From: Ylistrum balloti | Taxonomy: Eukaryota | Reading direction: 5' to 3' | DNA length: 64,000 bases | NCBI RefSeq assembly: GCF_031769215.1 | Contig: NW_026782232.1 | Span: 1 to 64,000 of the forward strand | In this document: positions 25,044 to 36,949 of the stretch, in pieces | How positions within the stretch are numbered: position 1 is the stretch's first letter | Layout of the letters: each line of letters opens with the position of its first letter | The notes under the pieces: generated by a model | What the model was told of the DNA's origin: nothing | What the model saw: the letters and a program-made list of their open reading frames with translations, nothing else | Database searches by the model: none | Position numbers and translations under genes: made by a program

Positions 25044-28000
25044 TAACAACAGAAAAATATAAAAGATAACCATTATGACATTTCTCCAAATACAGAGCTG
25101 TGAAAACATATCACATTCCTTAGATGTCTGTTTACCTTGCCCACAGTTATCTAATTCAATTTGGCAATCTCAAGTGTAAAATTTTTGGTCCCAAACAGGA
25201 GATGTAAATAATTTTATATTGAATAATAAATATAATTTATTCTATTATGAATTCTTGATAACATTACCGCCGGTCATAATTAGATGTTTTGAGATTGAAT
25301 TTAAGTAACATAACAAATGATATCTCCAGCTTGTGAGATTTTTAAGCTTCAGTTTTGACCTCTTGGCAGTAATATTTTCATTTGGTTTTAAGCCCCTTTG
25401 TTTTGCCTTTTTGACCTTCCAGCAGACAAGAGAAGATAAGAAATTAAGAAGACTGGGTAAAAGTGGTTAGTGGGATATTAGAATGGAAAAGAGATAGCAC
25501 TGACTGATACATCTATAGGGATAAGGGACTGTCTTTATCTTTTTGTATAAACTACAGTAAATAAAATAGGGTTTAATATCCTAGCTGTATATATATTCCA
25601 TTTTTTTCAAAGGAACACAACAAATATTTGTAATATAAACGGCAGTTGAAAGCTGAAAATTTTTCAAATTGAGCATCTTAACTTGGTTTTTTGAAGAATA
25701 AAACTTTTCAAGTTTTGGTATTTTTAAAACAAAATGCATGTTGCATTGGTATACAATGGAGGATGATATTTAATTTTCAGTCTGGAATGTTAAGAAAATT
25801 GTTTTAAATTGATGGCATTATAAAGCTGAGCAATTTTCCTTTTGCTTAAAAATAGTTTGATTAGCTTCGTTTCTAAATACATCCTATAAGTGGATGAGGT
25901 GCAGGTAGATAGAATTAGATAGCAACTGTGAGGAGGTTAGGCTTCAATGACAACTCCGCCAAGCTTCCACAGGGCCTTGTTTCCAGTCCCTCCATACATA
26001 TATTCCAGATATATGCTTACACTGCATTTTTACTTTAAGAGTAATCTCAATTGCTTAATATTTAAAGTCTCTGTCTGTTTCATGTAGATTGCAGATTTGT
26101 AATATTGTCTTAACTTATATCTGATGACTTATGTCAGACTGGAAACCGGTAACAACTACCAGGTATACAACATGCTTGTACAAAAGGAAAAGAGGGTTCT
26201 AACCTATGGCATTTTGGTATAGTTTGTATTTTCAGTTTTCCTAATCTAATCTCTTAATGAAATATTTGTTATTTTAATTTATATGACAAGCATTACACAA
26301 AATGATACAGGTCTAAATGGATAAAACATCTGTACACAGCAGATTTAATTACTGTACACCTGTGATGTTGGGATGAAGCTTAAAGTCTCTGTCTTTACAA
26401 CACCTACATGAATCTGTGCAGTACATATAGAGCCTTTATCACTAATCAAGGTGTGTCAGTTGGCTGTCAGCCCCAGGGGGACATTCCTCATGGCTGACCA
26501 GGACAATGACAGTAGGTCCCCTCCCTCCAATATATTATACCTATATAACACAGCTCCAGGGTCAGAAAGGCCTCAGATGTCAGTCTCTCTAGGTGTGCTC
26601 AGTATACTCAGGTGTACAGATCTTGTGTTAGTTGTGAGATCAGTATTGCAATGAAAATTGTGCATTTCTACATTTTTTCCTACCAGATTTAGAAAGTTAG
26701 AAATGAAGCCATGAAATAGTAAGGAAATTATATATCTGTATAATAAATTATGTTTTATAAAGAGTTATAAAACTTATTTTAATAGTTCCAGTTAATGACA
26801 TCTCTGATCCATAGTCCATATCCTCATCCTTACAACATCTCATTGTTTGTGACTATGAATGGCTGGGTAATTTTGTCTTTTTTTTTATTATGTGTACATG
26901 TCATCAAGGGAATACTTATAACCAGTGTTAAATAAATATTTGGTGAGGACAAGGACGAATGTTAGAACTAAAGATCAAGGTAGATGACATCTAGAGGTCA
27001 TAAAACCTCTTACTCAACAAGTTCTATCACTTTAGGCATGTACAATGTATATGCAGGGAAACCGAGGGTGTAACTAAATGACCTCTTTAAATGTGGAAGG
27101 AAACTGGAGTACCCATAGAAAAATACACACTGAGCCCATACCTGTAGATACTGTATGCTATGTATTCAGTTCTATATTCTGCCCAAATTGTTAAAATCCT
27201 TTTTCTTTTGAAATTGATTTCCCTCTGTCTGGTTGACCACTTTATGTATATCTTCATAGGTGTTATATCTTTGATTGTTAACTGTCAAGATGGCCATTGA
27301 TAATTGTGTATTTTGGAATTTTTATATCAAATCCTTTTAAGGATCAATTTCAAAATGATTCCTTTGGAGGAGAATGTGTTCAAATTGTTTACGATATATA
27401 AACATTATATGACATAGATTCTGTAGGATGTCTTTATTTACAGTGAAGCAATTAATTATTATATGTTGGTGCATTACCATTCTGCTGACCAATTCAAATT
27501 TTTATCAGCCAGTTTATCCCACTACCTGTATATCTATATAGAGTCTTAACCACTGACAGCTGGCTGCCATGACATGCCTCACTACCAAATATACCCTGTA
27601 TATATGCCTCCATGGCTACATGTAATATGCCCTATCCCAGCCTGACTCCCTGTTATCCACCTGCCCCTGATCATCAGATGTACATGTACATTGGCTGTGA
27701 GCTGTTATACCACAAGGAAACACAGACAATTTGTAGTGATTATCTCTCCACCTCTGACCCAGGTATCTCCCTCGATCCTCCTCCCCCAATCATCATTTGA
27801 ACAGACCCAGCTGCTAAACCAGGATATTACTGCTGTCTGCATAGTCAGATTCAGTGCATATCAATATATTCTTCAAAGAAAGAATTATACATATATTTGA
27901 TTTTAAATTTTATGGTCAGTCGATAACTTTTGATATATAACTGAAAAATGAACCTTTAACAGTTATAAAACTGAAAAATATTTCAGACAGGAAGCATAAA

Positions 28001-28503
28001 CAAGGACAAAAGATATATACTGTCCCACACATGAAATAGAGCTGAATTATTCACATAAACAGGGACAAATGATATACTGTCTCTGGCATGAAATAGAGCT
28101 AAATTTCTTCACATCAACGGGAATTAGAAAAACTGGAAAGCAGAATTATGTACTGATGGGAGAAGAAAAAACTGAGAGGTAACGTATATGAAGAATGTTA
28201 AAATTGGATTTCTTTTGTCGTATATATAGTGGTGCATGGTTTCTGGTATATACACAACATTTTAATTGAAATTTATGTCTTTTATGACACAACACCATTA
28301 ACACATTTAAACATATACATGCCAAATAATGAAGATAACTGCATCAAACAGCTGTTCAAATATCCTTGTAGGATTCTTCAGTGATGCTGAAGTGATAAAA
28401 GGGGCAAAATATACTGAAGGAACCAAATCTTCTCAAAAAACGAAGGGTGAAATAATAGCTAAATCTAGAACGTAAAACATATCTAGAAATGATATATGAT
28501 CTC

Positions 28504-29595
28504 TGATGTTGATTTTGAGGGAGGGTTTTACATGATGTAGACATTTTGGTTTGTGATGTAGATTTTGAGGGAGGGTTTTACATGCTGTAGACATTTCGGT
28601 TTATGATGTAGATTTTGAGGGAGGGTTTTACATGATGTAGACATTTTGGTTTATGATGTAGATTTTGAGGAAGGGTTTTACATGATGTAGACATTTTGGT
28701 TCATGATGTAGATTTTGAGGGAGGGTTTTACATGATGTAGACAGTTTGGTTTATGATGTAGATTTTGAGGGAGGGTTTTACATGATGTAGACATTTTGGT
28801 TCATGATGTAGATTTTGAGGGAGGGTTTTACATGATGTAGACAGTTTGGTTTATGATGTAGATTTTGAGGGAGGGTTTTACATGATGTAGACATTTTGGT
28901 TCATGATGTAGATTTTGATGGAGGGTTTTACATGATGTAGACAGTTTGGTTTATGATGTAGATTTTGAGGGAGGGTTTCAGATGATGTAAACATTTTGGT
29001 TTGTGATGTAGATTTTGAAGGACTGTTTCAGATGATGTAGACATTTTGGTTTGTGATGTAGATTTTGAGTGAGGATTTCAGATGATGTAGACATTTTGGT
29101 TTGTGATGTAGATTTTGAGGGAGGGTTTAAGATGATGTAAACATTTTGGTTTGTGATGTAGATTTTGAGGGAGGGTTTAAGATGATGTAGACAGTTTGGT
29201 TCATGATGTAGATTTTGAGGGAGGATTTAAGATGATGTAAACATTTTGGTTTGTGATGTAGATTTTGAGGGAGGGTTTTACATGATGTAGACATTTTGGT
29301 TTGTGATGTAGATTTTGAGGGAGGGTTTTACATGATGTAGACATTTTGGTTTGTGATGTAGATTTTGAGGGAGGGTTTAAGATGATGTAGACAATTTGGT
29401 TTATGATGTAGATTATGAAGGACGGTTTTAGATGATATAGACGGTTTGGTTTGTGATGTAGATTTTGAGGGAGGATTTCAGATGATGTAAACATTTTGGT
29501 TTGTGATGTAGATTTTGAGGGAGGGTTTTAGATGATGTAGACATTTTGGTTTGTGATGTAGATTTTGAGGGAGGATTTCAGATGATGTAGACATA
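28504..29595. repeat. 50-bp minisatellite, 22 copies in exact phase
   Basis: gatgtagattttgagggagggttttacatgatgtagacattttggtttgt; gattttga recurs every 50 bp from 28511 to 29561. Confidence 0.97.
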
Positions 29596-30247
29596 TGTAT
29601 TATATGCTGATGAATGAAGACATTTTGAATTCCATTATATACATTTGTGTACAGTTCTGAATTGAAGAAATACAATGTGACAGGCCTATAAATACAAATC
29701 CTCCGTGCCTTGATTTAGTTAAAACTTGTGTTTCATTACTTATCCAAGTATTTTGAAGTTATTTTAAGAAGGAGTAAATGAAACCACTTTGCCTGTTAAC
29801 GTGATGTAATGGTCTGTCAGATGTATTTATAGCAAACAGAGATAAGGTAATTCCTGTGATGCTGATTTGAACCAGACAGATAGCAGCTCCATATCTCCTG
29901 TATCTTCTGCTGCTTCTTGTTGTTCACCACAGATCTTGGAGTTAGATTTTATAGTTATTCTGTCCCTGATCAGGATTACATATGCTTTCTAAATGATAAT
30001 ATTTTATTTTGATAAATTAGGAGAAGTTTCACTGGAATGTATCATGATCACAAACAATTTATATGGTCTTGTCACAGATACATATTACAAAGACTAAAAA
30101 AATCCAGTTCTTGTATGTTATAATAATAGGCCTGTACTAGTATTAGGGACCGAAAGACATTGGGATCATGACCATACAGAAAGTACGCGAGTCTACATAT
30201 ATTTGATGAATTACTGTATATAATTGTATATTGATAAAGGAGTAATT

Positions 30248-30315
30248 ATATATAGGTAGTGGGTACGGAAGAGATGGAGTGGTTACGGAAGCTTGTGTGT
30301 GTGATACAGCCGCTG
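30248..30315 (+). promoter_or_regulatory. Candidate TATA-type alternative first exon
   Basis: TATATATAG near 30248, local CpGs, donor CTG|GTATGT at 30316. Confidence 0.25.
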
Positions 30316-30433
30316 GTATGTATGTAATGCAGTTACTTACAAGATGGCATGTCTGTAACAATGGACTGGTCTCATTCATTTTAGAATGTATGTCTTTGCT
30401 GTAGCAAATATGAAGTCATTTGTGGTCATGGTA

Positions 30434-30580
30434 CAGGGCTCTCAAACCCCATTTTGGGACTGGGGCCCAGGGCCCTTATAATTGGGAAAACGTTGGGTCT
30501 AAATTGGGAAAAAAATATAATATTTTGCATTGGAAATGGGGCTGAATATCGGCCCCAAATCTGGCAGATCGAGAGCCCTG
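30434..30580. mobile_element. 147-bp MITE
   Basis: Perfect 10-bp TIR CAGGGCTCTC/GAGAGCCCTG; flanking direct repeat TGGTA at 30429-30433 and 30581-30585. Confidence 0.8.
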
Positions 30581-31388
30581 TGGTATATTGACATTCATCA
30601 ACTTCCACCCCAGTTGCAATAGAATATATGGGTTTTTTTTTCTGATAAATGTGTCCAATAGTTTGTATAGCCATGCTGTGTTCTCTAGATTTCAGTGTGG
30701 AAATCTCTGATTTACTGCACACCTGTATCAGTGCTTGCCTATAACAATATATTGCTGGAGTCACGCTGGAGATCATCTGATAAATATTAGCCATCCCCCC
30801 TTAATTATCTGTACATTGAAGTGTGTGCTTGGCTCGCCTTCATTGTTATTACGGTATTGGTAGATGTATAGCCCGGAGTACAAATGGGAAAGAAAATGTC
30901 AAGAATTCTCATAGGTACAGTCATTGGTAGATAATCAAGTGAGGCTGTCCTGTTGCTGTAACCTTTACATGGAATATTATTGTGCATTGACAAATGGGAT
31001 CTTTTTTTTAGTAGGATACACCATAACTTGGTGACCCCTTGCCTAAATTACTTGTATGATTAAGAGTTAATAATAGATCTTTAGTTCTGACTCAATTAAC
31101 TACTGCTCTAAGACATAGATAGCTTCCTTGGGTTATGTCTTACTTCCTGACTAAAATGTATTGTCCCCAGTCCAGATTGAACTAAATATCCCACATCCAT
31201 CAAACTTAAAATTATCATCTGTCTCTAAACATCTCATCTTTCTTTGAGTTCTGTCTTTAAAACTTTCAATAGATTGGTACGCATATCTTTTTGACAAAAT
31301 GCCTGTTAATTAGTCTTAGGAGAATGGCATAATTTGGTACAGTAATGAGTTATTAAAGGAACAGATCCCCCTCCCCACTTTCTGTTCT

Positions 31389-31469
31389 GTACAGATCAAG
31401 GTCTAATTGTAACTGTAAGGGATTAATAGTACAGATCAAGGTCTAATTGTAACTGTAAGGGATTAATAG
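31389..31469. repeat. Perfect 40-bp tandem duplication
   Basis: acagatcaaggtctaattgtaactgtaagggattaatag x2. Confidence 0.92.
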
Positions 31470-32452
31470 CCCCTTCTCTCTTTGTGGCCTCCGCCCCCAC
31501 ACCTGTATCATTCAGATCAACAAGTTCCTGTACATTGTAGTCAGCTATACTGGTCAGCCTTGGACACATTCTACTGTACACCTATGTGTGCAGGAATGTA
31601 TACTAGTACATTGTCATTTCTCATTCATTAATTTCACAACCTTTGAAGCACTTGACTTTGGACTCTACTGTAACACTGGTTGAACTAAGAAATGTCTTTG
31701 TTTCAATACATAAAAAACAACTTAAAAGCAATTTCTTGATTTATATGTTTTTATTGCATGTCAGTTTCGATTAGGAGTCTATGTTTATGCCGTGTGAGTA
31801 ACCGTGTTACACATAACTTTGGTATATAGCATGAGATTAGTATATCTAATACAGCTAAGGGATCAAGGCTGAGGTATAATGATTCGGGATCAGTTTGTTT
31901 GACTAAAAGGTAATCCAGGTCAGCATATACATACAACAGGCCAACATGTTATTTTTATAATAAAAATGAAAAAAAAATGATATTGAAAATGTTAAGATTT
32001 TTTAACATAAAAAACTGTTGAAGTTTCATCAGTTTAAAATAAATTGTTCATAGTAAGGGTTAGCCTGTAATACAACTGTAAAACTGAAAATGGAGTAGTA
32101 TCTTCACTTAAAAAGGCTTTGTTTTTAATTTTCGTACCTCTCTTCAATGAGACAATCTGCAACAACTTTAAGCTTTAAGTTGGGAACCGAAACATTTTGA
32201 TGAGCTTTTCCCCAAGTTTAGATATATATGAATAAGCATATGATATTTTTAGTCCATGAAAATAAAACTTTCAGGAATAAGTATATGTCTAATGTAAGAT
32301 TTCACTGCATTAACTATAGAGACACTTTATAACTGTTATGATACACAGTAGCTGTAGGTTGTTGTACTGTGATGAGGAGCCGGCCACTCCTGCCAAGTGT
32401 TTGATGCATGTTGTGAGGTACTGCTAGTCTCTGAAGGAGAGAAAGAGAGAGC

Positions 32453-32533
32453 TGACTCACAGATATAATTCTGAGATCATATTTACACCTCACTGATGAG
32501 ATAAGGTAAACACACACAGTTTGGTACTTCCTG
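32453..32533 (+). promoter_or_regulatory. Transcription-factor motif cluster (AP-1, GATA, FOX, ETS)
   Basis: TGACTCA 32453-32459, AGATAAG 32499-32505, GTAAACA 32506-32512, ACTTCCTG 32526-32533. Confidence 0.35.
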
Positions 32534-32663
32534 CTCTCATAGCAGTCTGTACAACACACCTGGAACAGGTTACGAGGTACTGTTCAAACTTTGACTATCT
32601 TTTATTGGTCTTTGTATCCATGAAGTTAGTCTCTTTTTATCCATTGTTCACATTTACTGTCAA

Positions 32664-32992
32664 GGATATTCCATTTCCTGTTTTCCAATATACTGGACAA
32701 AATGTTGGGTATTCCTTTCCCTGTTTTCCAATATACTGGACAAAATGTTGGGTATTCCTTTCCCTGTTTTCCAATATACTGGACAAAATGTTGGGTATTC
32801 CATTCCCTGTTTTCCAATATACTGGACAAAATGTTGGGTATTCCATTCCCTGTTTTCCAATATACTGGACAAAATGTTGAGTATTCCATTCCCTGTTTTC
32901 CAATATACTGGACAAAATGTTGGGTATTCCTTTCCCTGTTTTCCAATATACTGGACAAAATGTTGGGAATTCCATTTCCTGTTTTCCAGTAT
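32664..32992. repeat. 43-bp minisatellite, about 7.6 copies
   Basis: ttccctgttttccaatatactggacaaaatgttgggtattcc(t/a); source of six spurious ORFs. Confidence 0.96.
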
Positions 32993-34604
32993 GCTGTCCA
33001 TGATGTTTGGAACCAAACATCAGAAATATTTAGCACTCTCAATATGTTTTGTTTACAAATTTTGATATTTATGTTGTTTAGTTGTGTATTGAACACTGTA
33101 TCCTTAATCTCAGCATCTCATCTCAAAACGTTACAGCTTTTAAAGTAGGTTTTTGTGATAAACTGATAGACACTGCTTTATATGACATTTTAGATATATA
33201 TTGCAAATAATTGACTTTCATGCTTAAATAGAAGTATTCTTTTGCTGCTACTGGTAAGCACCGCTGTCTTTCCAGTATAGTATATGAATCTTAAATGTTG
33301 TTTGATGGCTGAGTCATATGAGTATTCTTGTCAGAGTTGTTTACCAATATAGCTTTCCTTTTCCTCCCAATATACTGATTAAATAGGAGAAAACATAGTT
33401 AACATTTTCATGTAGTCATGTGGTATTGTTGAATTCTCATGTGGTACATGTTGAATTTGCTTAATTCATTGACTGTGATATTTTTTACACAAATTTAAAT
33501 GCAGTGTATACCTTCTTGAATTTGGAAAATTCAGTGATATTTACATAAGAATAATCAAAGGATTTTTTTTTCATTTTTGGAAAACAGTTAAGGTTTTGAC
33601 AAAGAGGAAATATTTCTTTGAAGGAATATCAAGAAGCAAATTGATATCAACATGGGTTTTGAAATTTATGAATGATAAAATGGTTTTACTCATAATTCTA
33701 AGCTAAACATTGTAAGGCCATTTATTATGAAGTCTTCCTCCACAATAAGAAGAGTTATTATAATGACACTTTTATGAGTAAACTTGTTTATGTGTTTGAA
33801 AGTGAGTAGGTGTGACTGTCATCATCCTATTTTTTCTGTGATATCAACTGTTCACTGGTATTTTTATATACGGATTACATTACCATAGGATATATTCTCG
33901 AGAGTCACATTTACGTTTACAATAAATAAAAAGGCTGTCTTTTGCATTCTTGAAAACGGCTATAATTTTCACATCTTTTCCGATGATAAATTTGATTCCT
34001 TAAACAATGAACATGAATAGATAGATATTTTGTGGCCATAATTTTTATGTTATGTAATACCAAACTTGCTGTTTGATGGAGTTTCAATAGATTTTAGTGT
34101 AGAACAGGAGATGTTCTGATTGCACCAATGGTGTATTATGACAGCAATCCTTTTGACCGGTTTTTTAGGTGACACTAACAGAGGTGCTGAGTTATATATG
34201 TGGGTAGATACATCCAAATTTTGTTGTGTCACTTCATATGTGTATAAGGTAATTTTATACGATAGTACCATATATGGACAGAGCATATAAAATACATGAA
34301 CCTAATAAATAGGCCTGGAGTCAAATATTGTAGTGTCTATCATTGATAGTGGTTTACAATTGCATAGACGGTCACCGTTTTCATGGGTTTTAATTCGTGT
34401 GATTTCGAGGTGATTTAACTATAATGAATTAAAAATTCATTATCTAGATATAAGTTGATGAATTATTTCTGTGAATATTGTTCCTGATGTCAAGTTTCAT
34501 CAAATTCATGATTTCGGGTTTAGCAGTCAATCATAACTATGATTTAATGGTAGTAATGAGCTAGTTATGCTTACAAACACATGTATTTGTGTACAGTGTA
34601 TATC

Positions 34605-34754
34605 CTTGGAGTATTAGGCACGGCCATGACTGTAAATACTGATACATCATCAGTAAAATTATAGTTTCATACTTCTGATGATATTTACATCCATCTAATT
34701 ATTTTATTCATCAAATTTCCGTGATCACAGTCATATGCCTCGCCAAATGCCAAG
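34605..34754. mobile_element. 150-bp MITE-like element with imperfect TIRs
   Basis: CTTGG...ATGACTGT (34605-34633) versus ACAGTCAT...CCAAG (34727-34754). Confidence 0.5.
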
Positions 34755-35896
34755 CAGGTTATTATTGATGATCATGGCACCACAAAGTGTTATTGATGAT
34801 CATGACATCACAACAGGTTATTGATGATCATGTCATCACAAAGTGTTATTGATGATCATGTCATCACAACAGGTTATTGATGATCATGTCATCACAACAG
34901 GTTATTGATGATTATGACATCACAACAGGTTATTGATGATCATGTCATCACAAAGTGTTATTGATGATCATGGCACCACAAAGGGTCATTGATGATCATG
35001 TCATCACAACAGGTTATTGATGATCATGTCATCACAACAGGTTATTGATGATCATGTCATCACAACAGGTTATTGATGATCATGTCATCACAAAGTGTTA
35101 TTGATGATCATGGCACCACAAAGGGTCATTGATGATCATGTCATCACAACAGGTTATTGATGATCATGTCATCACAATGGGTTATTGATGATCATGACAT
35201 CACAACGGGTTATTGATGATCATGACATCACAACAGGTTATTGATGATTATGACATCAGAACAGGTTATTGATGATCACGACACCACAACAGGTTATTGA
35301 TGATCATGACATCACAACTGGTTATTGATGATCATAACATCACAACAGGTTATTGATGATCATGACATCACAACAGGTTATTGATGATCACGACACCACA
35401 ACAGGTTATTGATGATCATGTCATCACAATGGGTTATTGATGATCATGACATCACAACGGGTTATTGATGATCATGACATCACAACAGGTTATTGATGAT
35501 TATGACATCAGAACAGGTTATTGATGATCACGACACCACAGCAGGTTATTGATGATCATGACATCACAACTGGTTATTGATGATCATGACATCACAACAG
35601 GTTATTGATGATCATGACATCACAACAGGTTATTGATGATCACGACACCACAACAGGTTATTGATGATTATGACATCACAACAGGTTATTGATGATTATG
35701 ACATCACAACAGGTTATGACATCACAACAGGTTATTGATGATTATGACATCACAACAGGTTATAGATGATCATGACATCACAACAGGTTATTGATGATTA
35801 TGACATCACAGCAGGTTATTGATGATCATGACATCACAACAGGTTATTGATGATTATGACATCACAACAGGTTATTGATGATTATGACATCAGAAC
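34755..35896. repeat. 28-bp minisatellite, about 40 copies
   Basis: aggttattgatgatcatgacatcacaac with quasi-palindromic TGATG...CATCA core. Confidence 0.97.
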
Positions 35897-36202
35897 AATA
35901 TCATGACCAAAGATTAGATTAATGTTACTAATGTCAGTAAAATGTGGGAGGGTAACAGATATTTCTGAAAAATACAATTTTGGTGATGAAGATGGCTATG
36001 TTTGTTCTGAAATTGTAGCACATATATTTATCAGTTTTAGGAGGTAAGATGGAGGCTGAAGAAAAGTGTTATCAGTAACTGGTGGGTGTGGAGGGATGTT
36101 ATAGATTGTAACTATCAGTTCATTCAGCAAAGATAATCGTTGAAAGATGTGTTGTAAATAGAGGGAGGTCAATGTCTTCATTCTGATGGTCAAAACCAGA
36201 CT

Positions 36203-36355
36203 ATACAGTAACAAAGAGATTTGATCTGCTCTATCAGGATTTTTTTTCCTGCATGCCTTGCAGTTTTTTTTGTTTAATTGTACAGTAACAAAGAGTTTTG
36301 ATCTGCAATACCAGGATTTTTTTTATTCTACATGTCTTGCAGCTTTTTTTGTTTG
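36203..36355. repeat. Diverged tandem duplication of about 78 bp
   Basis: tacagtaacaaagag(a/t)tttgatctgc...caggattttt...cttgcag x2. Confidence 0.75.
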
Positions 36356-36704
36356 ATATTTTGTCTTTCTCAGTGTGATGCGTACATTCTTGCACCTAAA
36401 GGATACCAGGTTATATATGAATGGAAATGTACATGTGATTTAGTTTGTTTACTTTGTGGAATATTCAGTAATTTACTGTATTAGAAGTTAAAGCTTTCAC
36501 GTACAGTTCTAGATAAGATTAGAACTGAGAAACACAGTGATGGAAGTGTTACCTGTAATTGTTCCACCTCTGTTAAAATAACACGATCTTCATTGATAGA
36601 ATGTAACTTTAGTGATTTGATTATGTTGTATTATAGGAATAATATCCCATAACAAATATGTGTTTATCAATAGTGTTACTGACCTTTGTTACTTTCTTTT
36701 ACAG

Positions 36705-36949
36705 GGACAAATCGTCCAGTATGTGTGTAGGGAGAGTAGTCCTGTTGGTCCTGGCCCTGGCAATTGGCCATGCCCGGGCGGACACAAGTTCTATAACACG
36801 GACTCCAACCATAGGATGTTGTGATTGTGTTACTCTGATGCCTGACCCCCGCCCAAATATTGAACCCCAATATATGCCCTCTCCATTCCACATCAAAGTC
36901 AGCAAGACTGTCTACAACCCAAAGAACAGTCAAGCAGAGGAAATTAATG
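36705..36949 (+). CDS. FRRS1: FRRS1-like coding exon 1 (16 nt UTR, ATG 36721; signal peptide and start of Reeler)
   Basis: Acceptor ttcttttacag|GGAC; MCVGRVVLLVLALAIGHARA signal peptide; donor G|gtaatt, phase 1. Confidence 0.9.

Noticed and set aside
32521-33148. Six overlapping 106-156-aa ORFs on both strands
   Set aside because: All arise from the stop-free 43-bp unit cycling through frames; no splice or composition support.
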